A DNA stretch of 64,000 bases from an uncultured Candidatus Hydrogenedens sp. (GTDB taxonomy: Bacteria > Desulfobacterota_D > UBA1144): assembly GCA_902609885.1 (NCBI GenBank), contig CACLTT010000004.1, forward strand, positions 75,556 to 139,555. Reading direction: 5' to 3'. Positions 51,732 to 61,828 of this stretch are shown in pieces. The notes below the pieces were generated by a model, which was given only the letters and a program-made list of their open reading frames with translations, did not search any database and was not told the origin of the DNA. The position numbers were made by a program, and so were the translations under genes. The number at the start of each line of letters is the position of its first letter. The first letter of the stretch is position 1.

Positions 51732-52883
51732 GTGAAAGTTTTGATCTATACACATGAATATCCACCATTCAGGGGTGGCATTGCAACATCATCACAGAAA
51801 ATTGCAAATATTTTAAAGGGTAAATTTAATGTGGTTGTATGTTGTCCTAAATATAAAAATACAAAATCAAGTAACTCAAATAATCTAAAAATTAAAAGAA
51901 TGAATTTAATAGGCGGTGATAAATTTAAAAAAATTCCATTATTACAGTATATTCAGGGTTTTTTTTATCTGAAAAAAAGCATCAGAGATGAAAAACCTGA
52001 TTATATTTTATATTTAGGGGAAGAGGCTGAAATAGTTGGGGGTCTAGTTAATGAGGTGGAATTGAATCAAATTGTTAGAATCGCAGGGTCTGGGATTAAA
52101 TCAATTTTAGAAAATAAAAAGCTTTCAAAAGCATATAAAAAATTTTTAATGAAAAGATTATATAAAAATTCAAAGTATATAATCGCTGTTAGCAATAACA
52201 CTAAGAATTTATTAATAAAAAGCAATGAGTTTAACGAAGTAAATAAAATAAAATTAATTTATAATGGATTAGAGGATGAATTTATTAAAAAAGAAAAAGA
52301 CTACAGCTTAAGAAATAAATTAGGTTTTAAGGAAGATGATTTTATATTGTTAACAGTATCAAGAATTCTTCCACGCAAAGGTCAAGACAATGTCATTAAA
52401 GCTTTATCAAAGATTAAAAATAAAAAAATAAAATATCTATGTGTGGGAGATGGGAAATACATTAAAAAATTTAAAAAACTCTCGAAAAATTTAAAAATTG
52501 ATAATAGGATTTTATTTATTGGTGAAATAGATAGAAAAGATTCAACAAAATATTATGATATTGCTGATGCTTTTATTTTATGCAATAGAACCTGGAATAA
52601 TAAAATTGAAGGGCTGCCAAACGTTGTACTGGAAGCGATGGGAAGATCAAAACCTGTAATTGGATCGAAAGACTCTGGAACTCAGGAGTTAATAATAGAT
52701 GGAAAAACGGGTTATCATGTTGATCCAGAAAATATCCAAGATATTAAAGAAATTATTATTTGTGCCTTAGAAAATAGAAACAAATTAAAAGTTATGGGTA
52801 ATAATGCTTTAGATTTTATTCAAAAAAACTTTTCAAATAAAAAAATGGAAGATGAATATATAAGGATATTTAATGAAAATTAA
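51732..52883 (+). CDS. Family 4 glycosyltransferase
   Basis: YPP.GGI, AVS, IYNG, VSR..RKG, EGLPNVVLEAM. Confidence 0.9.
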   Translation: MKVLIYTHEYPPFRGGIATSSQKIANILKGKFNVVVCCPKYKNTKSSNSNNLKIKRMNLIGGDKFKKIPLLQYIQGFFYLKKSIRDEKPDYILYLGEEAEIVGGLVNEVELNQIVRIAGSGIKSILENKKLSKAYKKFLMKRLYKNSKYIIAVSNNTKNLLIKSNEFNEVNKIKLIYNGLEDEFIKKEKDYSLRNKLGFKEDDFILLTVSRILPRKGQDNVIKALSKIKNKKIKYLCVGDGKYIKKFKKLSKNLKIDNRILFIGEIDRKDSTKYYDIADAFILCNRTWNNKIEGLPNVVLEAMGRSKPVIGSKDSGTQELIIDGKTGYHVDPENIQDIKEIIICALENRNKLKVMGNNALDFIQKNFSNKKMEDEYIRIFNEN

Positions 52884-53490
52884 AATATGTGGGATAACCA
52901 ATTTAGATGATGCAACAAAATGTCAAACGCTAGGTGTTAATTATCTAGGTTTTATTTTTTACAAAAAGAGTCCTAGATATATTAACTATTCAAATGCAAA
53001 AAAAATAATATCTGGTCTTAATTCTAAAGTTCAAAAAGTGGGAGTATTTGTAAATACTGATAATAATGAAATTAATACAATATCTAAGAACATAGGGCTA
53101 GACTACGTTCAATTACATGGGAATGAGGGTGAAGAGGACATTTTTAAAATTAAATTGCCTTGTATTAAAGCATTAGATGGTAATTCTAGAAATCTTTCAA
53201 ACAATATAAATATGTTTAAGAATGCAAAATATTTATTATTGGATAATATTTCAAAGAATATTAAAGGTGGAAGTGGAGATAAATTTGACTGGAATAATTT
53301 AAAAAATATAGATAATAAAAAAAATATTATTCTGTCGGGTGGGCTGAATCAAGAAAATATTTTAGATGCAATTGATAAAACTGGTATAGAATTCTATGAT
53401 TTTTGTTCCTCTACAGAGATAAAACCTGGGATTAAAAATATAAAAAAGATAGAATCTATTGTAAACTTAATTAACAATGCCAAAAAATAA
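52873..53490 (+). CDS. trpF: Phosphoribosylanthranilate isomerase
   Basis: [31 protein letters not shown]. Confidence 0.93.
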   Translation: MKIKICGITNLDDATKCQTLGVNYLGFIFYKKSPRYINYSNAKKIISGLNSKVQKVGVFVNTDNNEINTISKNIGLDYVQLHGNEGEEDIFKIKLPCIKALDGNSRNLSNNINMFKNAKYLLLDNISKNIKGGSGDKFDWNNLKNIDNKKNIILSGGLNQENILDAIDKTGIEFYDFCSSTEIKPGIKNIKKIESIVNLINNAKK

Positions 53491-54700
53491 ATTTAACTTT
53501 AATTCGCTTCCTGATAAAAATGGTAGATTTGGGGATTACGGAGGTATGTTTGTTTCAGAAACTCTTGTCCCAGCCCTCAACGATCTTGAAAATAAATACA
53601 AAAAAATTAAAAATAATTCTTCATTTAAACGAGAAGTAAAAAATTTGTTGAAAAATTTTGTTGGTAGGCCTACTCCATTATATTTAGCAGAAAGAACTTC
53701 GAGAGATATTGGCGGTGCCAAAATTTATTTAAAGCGCGAAGACTTAGCACACACTGGGGCTCACAAAATAAATAATACTGTCGGTCAAGCCATTTTAGCA
53801 AAATTGATGGGCAAGAAAAGAATAATCGCAGAGACTGGCGCAGGTCAGCATGGTGTTGCAACTGCAACTATCTGCGCGCTTTTAGGATTAAAATGTGAAA
53901 TTTATATGGGTGCAACTGATACTTTTAGACAAGCCATCAATGTGCAAAGAATGAAACTTTTAGGAGCGAAGGTTATTCCTGTTAAATCTGGATCTCAAAC
54001 ACTTAAAGATGCATTAAATGAAGCTCTAAGAGATTGGGTTACTAATGTGAGAGATACATTTTACATTATTGGTAGTGTCGCTGGGCCGCATCCCTACCCA
54101 ATGATAGTCAGAGATTTTCAATCGGTAATAGGAACAGAATCAAGAAAGCAAATAATTAAAATTCAAAATAAATTGCCAGATTTACTAATAGCTTGTGTTG
54201 GAGGAGGTTCTAACGCTATTGGCTTATTCTACCCCTTTCTTAACGATCAATCTGTAAAAATGGTTGGGGTAGAAGCTGCGGGAAACGGAATAAAAACTGG
54301 TTTCCACTCAGCTAGTATCGGTGCGGGGTCAGTTGGAGTCCTTCATGGGAGTAAAACATACATACTTCAAAATGATAATGGTCAGGTCGAAGAGACACAT
54401 TCTGTTTCAGCGGGGCTAGATTATCCTGGTGTCGGTCCTGAACATTCTTTTTTAAAAGATATTAAAAGAGTAAAATATGTATCAGTTACAGATATTGAAG
54501 CTGTTAAAGCGTTACAATATTTTTCTGAAAAAGAAGGGATTATTTCTGCTCTTGAAACAGCTCATGCACTGTCGTATGCAATGAAAGTTGCAAAAAAAAT
54601 GTCTAAAAAAGAAAGTATAATTGTTAACTTGTCTGGAAGAGGTGATAAAGACCTTGAATCAGTGAATGATTTCTTAAATAAAAATAGGCAAAACCAATAA
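53477..54700 (+). CDS. trpB: Tryptophan synthase beta chain
   Basis: [49 protein letters not shown]. Confidence 0.98.
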   Translation: MPKNKFNFNSLPDKNGRFGDYGGMFVSETLVPALNDLENKYKKIKNNSSFKREVKNLLKNFVGRPTPLYLAERTSRDIGGAKIYLKREDLAHTGAHKINNTVGQAILAKLMGKKRIIAETGAGQHGVATATICALLGLKCEIYMGATDTFRQAINVQRMKLLGAKVIPVKSGSQTLKDALNEALRDWVTNVRDTFYIIGSVAGPHPYPMIVRDFQSVIGTESRKQIIKIQNKLPDLLIACVGGGSNAIGLFYPFLNDQSVKMVGVEAAGNGIKTGFHSASIGAGSVGVLHGSKTYILQNDNGQVEETHSVSAGLDYPGVGPEHSFLKDIKRVKYVSVTDIEAVKALQYFSEKEGIISALETAHALSYAMKVAKKMSKKESIIVNLSGRGDKDLESVNDFLNKNRQNQ

Positions 54701-55498
54701 ATGAAAATATTAAACAAGATCAAATCTGATAATGAATCAGGGAAAGTTTCGTTTATATCTTATGTAACTGCTGGCGATCCTGATATAAAAACAACCTTAG
54801 ATATTATGAAATCGTTAGTAAATAATGGAACTGACATAATAGAGCTTGGCATACCTTTTTCTGATCCGATATCTGATGGTCCTACAATCCAAAAAGCTTC
54901 GGAAAGATCATTAAAAAAAAATATTAATATTAGTAAAGCTCTAAATATAGTAAAAGAATTTAGAAAAGAATTCTCGACTCCAATAATAATATTTGGTTAC
55001 TATAATCCTTTTTTAAGATATGGAATAAATAATTTAATGAGGGATATTAAAAATGTAGATGCAAATGGAATTTTAGTTGTTGATCTACCTCCTGAGGAGT
55101 CTCACCAAATACAGAAGTCAGTTAATAAACATAGTCTTGAGCTTGTCTATCTTGTTGCACCAACTAGTACAGACTATAGAATACAGACAATCTCCAACCT
55201 ATCCAACTCATTTATATACCTCGTTTCAGTTACGGGCGTGACAGGTACAAGGAGTAAAATTGATAAAAATCTCATACCATTTATAAAGAAATTAAAGAAG
55301 ATAACAAAAAAACCTATTTGTGTGGGATTTGGAATATCTAGCACAAAACATGTTAATGAATTAAAGAAAAAAGTTAATGGAATAGTTATTGGTAGTGCTA
55401 TTGTTAAAATTATAGAAAAAAATCTAAATGATAAGCGTGAAATTACAAAAAAAATATCTAATTTCTGCAGAAAAATATCTAAGGCATGTAGAATTTAA
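54701..55498 (+). CDS. trpA: Tryptophan synthase alpha chain
   Basis: ELGIPFSDPISDGPTIQ, YYNP, DLPPEE, VTGVTG, VGFGIS, IGSAIV. Confidence 0.97.
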   Translation: MKILNKIKSDNESGKVSFISYVTAGDPDIKTTLDIMKSLVNNGTDIIELGIPFSDPISDGPTIQKASERSLKKNINISKALNIVKEFRKEFSTPIIIFGYYNPFLRYGINNLMRDIKNVDANGILVVDLPPEESHQIQKSVNKHSLELVYLVAPTSTDYRIQTISNLSNSFIYLVSVTGVTGTRSKIDKNLIPFIKKLKKITKKPICVGFGISSTKHVNELKKKVNGIVIGSAIVKIIEKNLNDKREITKKISNFCRKISKACRI

Positions 55499-55590
55499 GG
55501 ACTTTTAACTTTTTTATCTATATGGCAAAATATATTATTCAAATTTAAACATTTGTGAGTATTTCACATAAAAAAAAGGAGTGAGAATTT

Positions 55591-57315
55591 ATGGAATTAC
55601 TATTTAAAACAAGATCTACAGAATATACTGGACCCGGCGGTTTGCCTAATGGAAGTCTAGACAATACTAGCGAATGGAAACCAATGACTAAGTATTTAGA
55701 GATAGGAGCTGAAAGTTATCCAGATAAAGCTATGTTCAAAATTGCTGATAGTGATGGAAAAGTAGTTGAGACATACAGTTACAAAGAAACTAATGATAAA
55801 GCCAACCAAGTTGCAAATGGGCTTATCTCTAAAGTTGATGTAAAAAAAGGTGATAAGATTGGAATGTATATGTTAAATTGTGCGGAATTTGTACTTTCAA
55901 TTCTCGCAATTCATAAAACTGGTGGTATTCAGGTCCCAATCAATAAAGATGAAAAGGGAGAAAGACTTGCATACATTATTAATTATTCTGATCAAGTAGC
56001 TTTAGTTGTTGATCCCTCTGGTCTTCAGTTGATTGAAGATATTGCTGATAAGCTTGAAAATCTTAAATTAATTTATGTAACTGGAGACGCAGCAAGCGTA
56101 CCAGAAAAGATAGGTAATATTCCTGCTGAGCCATTTAACTCTTTACAAGAATTTGGGTCTGATAATCCAGGAGTTGATGTTCAAATAAGTGATAAGGAAA
56201 GATGTATGTTTACCTCGGGTACAACTGGTATGCCAAAAGGTGTTGTCAGGGAACATGGTGGAGTTGTTTTAACAGTTAGAGCATATATGCAGCAACAAGG
56301 AGTAAGAAGTGATGACACTCTTATGAGTGTTCTTTCGCTTGGACATGCTAATGCGCAGGCGTTATGTCTATTTTGTGCAATTGGTGCTGGTGCAACAGCA
56401 GTATTTTTTCCTAAATTTTCAGCATCTAACTTTTTCAAGTGGGCCCATGACTGCGATGCAACCTGCGTAAACATGCTAGGTGCTGTTGCAGAATATCTTT
56501 ATGCATCCAAACCAAGTGAATATGATCAAAAACATAAAATTAGAATTATGCTAGGTTCGCCTGCACCAAGAAATCTAGAAGATTTCCAAAAAAGGTTCAA
56601 TGTTAGGGTTATAGATGGTTATGGCTCAACTGAAATGGGTATGGTGCTTTGGAAAAATCCTGAAGATGTAAGAGCAGGATCATGTGGATATCCTACAGAA
56701 GGTTTCTATGTTGAATTAAGAAATCCTGATAATATTCAAGAAGTTATAAGACCACACTGGGATCCATATATAGATTCTACCCCTCCTGATTCAGCGAAAG
56801 GAATTCTTTATATTAGACCGTTAGTCCCAAATACGACTTTAAATGAATATTTTAAAGATGATAGAAGAACTAGAGAAGCTTTTGACGATGATGGGTTCTT
56901 CAATTCTGATGATGTTATGGCATGTGGAACAGATGGTAGATATTATTTTATCGGAAGACATACAAGACTTAGAGTCTCTGGTGAAAATGTTGATCCCGTA
57001 GCTGTTGCTGATTTAGCTCTTATGCATCCTGCAGTTCAAGATGCTATTGCGGTCGGGTTAAGACTGCCAGACGTTTCAGATGATGAGCTGAAACTTAATA
57101 TAATTCTTAAAGACGGAGAAAAATTTGATGAAGCTGAATTTTGTACCTGGATGGCTGAACAATGTATTATCGCCATGGTACCAAGATTCATCGAAATTTT
57201 AGATGGATGGCCTATGACTGCAACTCAAAAAGTCAAAGTTGCAGAGCTTAAAGAAATCACTGATAAAACATGGGATAGAGCCAAAGCAGGCCTTAAATTC
57301 AGCGCAAGAAAGTAA
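55591..57315 (+). CDS. AMP-forming acyl-CoA ligase, CaiC-like, copy 1
   Basis: FTSGTTGMPKG, H.NAQ, FSASNF, GYGSTE, GENV, TATQKV. SD AAGGAG. Confidence 0.88.
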   Translation: MELLFKTRSTEYTGPGGLPNGSLDNTSEWKPMTKYLEIGAESYPDKAMFKIADSDGKVVETYSYKETNDKANQVANGLISKVDVKKGDKIGMYMLNCAEFVLSILAIHKTGGIQVPINKDEKGERLAYIINYSDQVALVVDPSGLQLIEDIADKLENLKLIYVTGDAASVPEKIGNIPAEPFNSLQEFGSDNPGVDVQISDKERCMFTSGTTGMPKGVVREHGGVVLTVRAYMQQQGVRSDDTLMSVLSLGHANAQALCLFCAIGAGATAVFFPKFSASNFFKWAHDCDATCVNMLGAVAEYLYASKPSEYDQKHKIRIMLGSPAPRNLEDFQKRFNVRVIDGYGSTEMGMVLWKNPEDVRAGSCGYPTEGFYVELRNPDNIQEVIRPHWDPYIDSTPPDSAKGILYIRPLVPNTTLNEYFKDDRRTREAFDDDGFFNSDDVMACGTDGRYYFIGRHTRLRVSGENVDPVAVADLALMHPAVQDAIAVGLRLPDVSDDELKLNIILKDGEKFDEAEFCTWMAEQCIIAMVPRFIEILDGWPMTATQKVKVAELKEITDKTWDRAKAGLKFSARK

Positions 57316-57319
57316 GTTA

Positions 57320-59047
57320 ATGCAACTTTTTTTTAGACCAGTTGAAAAAAAATATGAGGGAGAAGGAATTCTCCCTCATGGAACCTTTGATAATACTAAT
57401 AATTGGAATCCATTAATTAAATATTTAGAAAAAGGGGCAATTGATTTCCCCGATAAAACTATGTTCAAAATGGGTGATGCTAATGGCAGGATTATTGAAC
57501 AATTTACATACGAAGAGACCAATCAAAAATCCAATCAAATTGCAAATTACCTTATTGAAAACTGTTCTATTAATAGTGAAGATAAAATAGGAATTTTTAT
57601 GCTAAATTCCTCCGAGTTTGTATTTTCTATTCTAGCTACACATAAAACTGGGGCCATTCAAGTTCCTGTTAATAAAGATGAAAAAGGTGAACGACTCTTA
57701 TATGTGATTAATTATTCTGAGATGAAAGTTTTAATTATTGATAAAAGTGCGATTGATTTAATTGAACCTATTGCTGATAAATTTGAAAATTTAGAAAGAA
57801 TTTTTATTTCTAGAAGTGATGGAAATATTCCAAATAATTTAGGAAATATTAATTGTGAAGAATTTGAATCATTTTATAAAGGTAGTATCGATAATCCGAA
57901 CATTAAGCTTACTATAGCCAATAAAGAGCGATGTATGTTTACATCTGGTACAACTGGTATGCCAAAAGGTGTAGTAAGAGAGCACGGTGGAGTTCTTATG
58001 ACAGTACGAAGTTATATACAACATCAAGGTATTAGGAGTAATGATACTTTAATGAGTGTTTTATCCTTGGGTCATGCAAATGCTCAGGCAATGTGTTTAT
58101 TTGCTGCCATAGGTGCAGGTTGTACTGCAGTTTTTTTTCCAAAATTTTCTGCTTCTAATTTTTGGAAATGGGCATATGACTGTGGAGCGACAGTTACAAA
58201 CTTCCTTGGAGCAGTCGCAGAATACCTTTGGTCAGCAAAGCCAGGCGATTATGATAAAAAACATAATGTTAGAATTGTTTTAGCAGGCCCTGCTCCCAGA
58301 AATTTAATAGAATTTGAAAAAAGATTCAATCTTAAAATAGTTGAAGGATATGGATCTACTGAAATGGGGATGCCTCTTTGGAAAAGCCCTGAAGATGCTA
58401 GAGTTGGTTCATGTGGATATCCTGTTGAGGGGTATTATTTAGAAATTCGAAATCCTGAAAACATTGAGGAGGTAATCAAGCCTCATTGGAATCCCAGCTT
58501 AGAAGAAAAACCCCCAGAATCCGCGAAAGGATTATTATTTATAAGACCAAATGTACCAAATACAACTTTAAATGAGTATTTTAAAGATTTGAGAAGGACT
58601 AGGGAAGCTTTTGATGATGATGGTTTTTTTAATTCTGATGATTTATTTGCTGCTGGAACAGATGGAAGATATTACTTTATTGGTAGATATTCAAGACTGA
58701 GAGTTTCTGGTGAAAATGTTGATCCCATAGCAGTTGCTGACTTAGCTTTAATGCACCCTGTGATTCAAGATGCAATTGCAGTAGGATTAAGACTTCCAGA
58801 TATTTCCGATGATGAACTTAAATTAAATATAATAATAAAAGATGGTGAAAAATTTGATGAAGCTGAGTTCTGCACTTGGATGGCTGAGCAGTGTATAGTT
58901 GCAATGGTTCCGAGATTCATTGAGATTTTTGATGGCGGATTCCCAATGACTGCTTCTCAAAAAGTTAAAGTTGCTGATTTAAAAGAGATAACAGATAGAA
59001 CATGGGATAGAGCCAAATCAGGGTTAAAATTCAGCTCTAGAAAGTAA
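57320..59047 (+). CDS. AMP-forming acyl-CoA ligase, CaiC-like, copy 2
   Basis: Colinear paralog of the previous gene. The start is ATG 57320 (MQLFFR aligns with MELLFK), not 57239. Confidence 0.88.
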   Translation: MQLFFRPVEKKYEGEGILPHGTFDNTNNWNPLIKYLEKGAIDFPDKTMFKMGDANGRIIEQFTYEETNQKSNQIANYLIENCSINSEDKIGIFMLNSSEFVFSILATHKTGAIQVPVNKDEKGERLLYVINYSEMKVLIIDKSAIDLIEPIADKFENLERIFISRSDGNIPNNLGNINCEEFESFYKGSIDNPNIKLTIANKERCMFTSGTTGMPKGVVREHGGVLMTVRSYIQHQGIRSNDTLMSVLSLGHANAQAMCLFAAIGAGCTAVFFPKFSASNFWKWAYDCGATVTNFLGAVAEYLWSAKPGDYDKKHNVRIVLAGPAPRNLIEFEKRFNLKIVEGYGSTEMGMPLWKSPEDARVGSCGYPVEGYYLEIRNPENIEEVIKPHWNPSLEEKPPESAKGLLFIRPNVPNTTLNEYFKDLRRTREAFDDDGFFNSDDLFAAGTDGRYYFIGRYSRLRVSGENVDPIAVADLALMHPVIQDAIAVGLRLPDISDDELKLNIIIKDGEKFDEAEFCTWMAEQCIVAMVPRFIEIFDGGFPMTASQKVKVADLKEITDRTWDRAKSGLKFSSRK

Positions 59048-59183
59048 CTTCTAATTCCTTACAGTTATGATCAAATATACTACTTATAATTTTTTATTTC
59101 AAAAAAAGTATTTAAAATATTATATTTTTAAAGATATAAAGGGCGTATAAATATATATTTTTAGTGAAAGAAAATAGATTTGA

Positions 59184-59199
59184 TGGCATACTTATTGCC
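59184..59199 (+). promoter_or_regulatory. sigma54 (-24/-12) promoter of glnB-glnA
   Basis: TGGCATACTTATTGCC, i.e. GG-N10-GC. Confidence 0.82.
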
Positions 59200-59286
59200 A
59201 GATTTGAAATATGCATTATTAGAGGGATTTTATAATTCCATGCTTTAATTGCATGGCAATTTTTTTCCCATTGGAGGATTTTGAAA

Positions 59287-59625
59287 ATGAAAATGATTCA
59301 AGCAATAATTAAGCCCTTTAAACTTGATGATGTTAAGGAAGCATTAAAAGCAGTGGGCGTAACTGGCATGACTGTCTCCGAAGTAAAAGGCTTTGGACGA
59401 CAAAAGGGCCATACAGAAGTTTATAGAGGTGCAGAATATGAAATTGAATTTATCCCAAAAATTCAATTAGATATTGCTGTATCAGATGACACAGTAGATA
59501 GTGTTATCAAAGCAATTCAAGAGTCTGCGAATACAAATAAAATTGGTGATGGAAAGATTTTCGTTACCTCTGTTGAGCAGGCTGTAAGAATTAGAACTGG
59601 TGAAACAGGAGATTCGGCGGTATAA
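59287..59625 (+). CDS. glnB: Nitrogen regulatory protein P-II
   Basis: [16 protein letters not shown]-loop [30 protein letters not shown]. 112 aa from ATG 59287, SD GGAGG. Confidence 0.96.
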   Translation: MKMIQAIIKPFKLDDVKEALKAVGVTGMTVSEVKGFGRQKGHTEVYRGAEYEIEFIPKIQLDIAVSDDTVDSVIKAIQESANTNKIGDGKIFVTSVEQAVRIRTGETGDSAV

Positions 59626-59649
59626 ATATTCGCTGATAAGGAGAAAAAA

Positions 59650-61068
59650 ATGGCAAAAACAGCAAGTGATGTTTTAAAATTAATTAAATCAAAGAAAATC
59701 GAGTTTGTCGATTTAAGATTTTGCGATATATTTGGTCGCTGGCAACATACCAGCTTCCCTTCTGCAGAAATAGATGCAAGTACTTTTAAAGACGGTATGG
59801 GATTCGATGGATCTAGCATTAGAGGATGGAAAGCTATAAATAATAGCGATATGATTATTCTTCCCGACCCAACAACTGCAGTTGTAGATCCATTTATGGC
59901 ACATCCAACATTATCCTTAATTTGTGATGTCGCCGATCCTTTAACTAAAGAAAGATACGATCTTGATCCAAGATACATTGCAACCAAAGCAGAAAATTAT
60001 CTAAAAAAAACAAAGATTGGGGATACATGTTATTTTGGTCCTGAATTGGAATTTTTTGTATTTGACGATGTAAGATATCAGTCAACTCCAAATTCGTCTT
60101 TTTATCAACTTGATTCTGAAGAAGCAGAATGGAATTCTGGTGAAGACGAAGTTCCTAATCTAGGACATAAAGCAAGATATAAAGAGGGATACTTTCCATT
60201 ATCTCCATTAGATACCTATCAAGATATTAGATCAGATATGGTTAAAGTTATGCAAGAATGTGGCCTACACGTTGAATGCCATCACCATGAAGTTGGTGGC
60301 CCTGGGCAATCGGAAATTGATTTAAGATTTGCTCCATTAACAAAAATGGCTGATGACACATTATGGTATAAATATATTGTAAAAAATGTAGCAAAAAATC
60401 ATGGAAAATCTGCTACATTTATGCCAAAACCGGTATTTGCCGATAATGGCTCAGGAATGCATGTCCACCAGTCAATTTGGAAAGGCTCAAAACCTTTATT
60501 TGCAGGAAATAAATATGCTGGGTTAAGTGATATGGCTTTGTACTATATTGGTGGAATTTTAAAACATGCAAGAGCTTTGTGTGCCTTTACAAATTCAACT
60601 ATAAATTCTTATAAAAGGTTGGTACCAGGTTATGAAGCTCCAATAGTTTTAGCACATTCAGCTAGAAATAGGAGTGCTGCTATCAGAATTCCTATGTATT
60701 CTGATAGTCCTAAAGCTAAAAGGATTGAAACAAGATTCCCCGACCCTGCTGGAAATTGCTATTTAATATTCGCTGCAATGTTAATGGCTGGATTAGATGG
60801 GATTAAAAATAAAATTAAACCTACTAAAGAATTAGAGGAAGATATTTACGAACTTTCAGAAAAAGAACTATCTAAATATCCGTCAGTCCCTGCTGCTTTA
60901 GAGGAATCACTTGATGAATTAAGAAAGGATCATAAATTTTTGTTAGAAGGTGATGTTTTCACAAAAGAATTTATCGAAGGATACATTAATTATAAAATGG
61001 ATGAAGAGATAACGCCTTGGAGAACTAGACCAAATCCATTAGAATTTGTAATGTATTACAGTGTTTAA
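59650..61068 (+). CDS. glnA: Glutamine synthetase type I
   Basis: FDGSSI, GPELEF, HHHEV, ATFMPKP, GSGMHVH, RLVPGYEAP, RNRSA, adenylylation-site Tyr (DIYEL). Confidence 0.98.
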   Translation: MAKTASDVLKLIKSKKIEFVDLRFCDIFGRWQHTSFPSAEIDASTFKDGMGFDGSSIRGWKAINNSDMIILPDPTTAVVDPFMAHPTLSLICDVADPLTKERYDLDPRYIATKAENYLKKTKIGDTCYFGPELEFFVFDDVRYQSTPNSSFYQLDSEEAEWNSGEDEVPNLGHKARYKEGYFPLSPLDTYQDIRSDMVKVMQECGLHVECHHHEVGGPGQSEIDLRFAPLTKMADDTLWYKYIVKNVAKNHGKSATFMPKPVFADNGSGMHVHQSIWKGSKPLFAGNKYAGLSDMALYYIGGILKHARALCAFTNSTINSYKRLVPGYEAPIVLAHSARNRSAAIRIPMYSDSPKAKRIETRFPDPAGNCYLIFAAMLMAGLDGIKNKIKPTKELEEDIYELSEKELSKYPSVPAALEESLDELRKDHKFLLEGDVFTKEFIEGYINYKMDEEITPWRTRPNPLEFVMYYSV

Positions 61069-61075
61069 TAGTTTT

Positions 61076-61104
61076 TTAAAGGGCTCTAATTACGAGCCCT
61101 TTAA
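61076..61104. terminator. Bidirectional terminator between glnA and nth
   Basis: TTAAAGGGCTC-TAATTAC-GAGCCCTTTAA perfect 11-bp inverted repeat. Confidence 0.8.
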
Positions 61105-61754
61105 GCTTTATTTGTTTTAATTCCCCTTCTTCTATTTGGATAACAAACTTTACATATATCACACTTTGTACCATCACATCCTCTTGCTGAGCAAAATTCT
61201 CTCCCATAAAAAATAATCTGTAAATGTAATTTGTTCCAACTTGATATAGGAAATATTTTTTTAAGATCTCTTTCTGTTTGTGTAACATTTTTTCCTTTGG
61301 ATAATCCCCACCTCTGAGCAAGGCGATGAATATGTGTATCAACAGGAAAGGCTGGAACATTAAAACATTTAGAAATAACTACACTTGCTGTCTTATGCCC
61401 TACCCCTGGGAGCTTTTCAAGTTCTTCAATATTTCTTGGAATTTTACCATTATATTTATCCATTATTATTTTAGAAAGTTCGTGAATTGATTTTGATTTT
61501 TGAGGTGCTAATCCGCAGGGTCTGATTATGTCATATATTTGTTTAACTTTAAGTTTCATCATCTTAGCTGCGGTATTAGCTAATGAAAATAATTTTGGCG
61601 TTATTCTATTAACTCTTTCATCGGTACATTGAGCACTTAATAAAACAGCAATAAGAAATTGAAAATTCGACTTGCTTTTTAATGGAGCAGTTGTTTCAGG
61701 ATATAATTTATTTAATTTTTTAAGAATTACTTTGGCTCTATCTTTTTTAAGCAT
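61101..61754 (-). CDS. nth: Endonuclease III
   Basis: LLSAQCTD..VN, HhH LPGVGHKTA, PVDTHIHR, 4Fe-4S Cys cluster. Confidence 0.94.
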   Translation of the reverse strand: MLKKDRAKVILKKLNKLYPETTAPLKSKSNFQFLIAVLLSAQCTDERVNRITPKLFSLANTAAKMMKLKVKQIYDIIRPCGLAPQKSKSIHELSKIIMDKYNGKIPRNIEELEKLPGVGHKTASVVISKCFNVPAFPVDTHIHRLAQRWGLSKGKNVTQTERDLKKIFPISSWNKLHLQIIFYGREFCSARGCDGTKCDICKVCYPNRRRGIKTNKA

Positions 61755-61828
61755 AATATTTCACTATCAAAATTAATATAACGCAGAAAAATCATTTTTT
61801 AATTTTATAAATCAGCTAATCTTAATTT

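Noticed and set aside
55521..55540. sigma54 promoter before the CoA ligases (TGGCA)
   Set aside because: No GC at the -12 position.
57239..57319. N-terminal extension or fusion of the second CoA ligase
   Set aside because: Paralog alignment puts the start at ATG 57320. No slippery site links the two genes.
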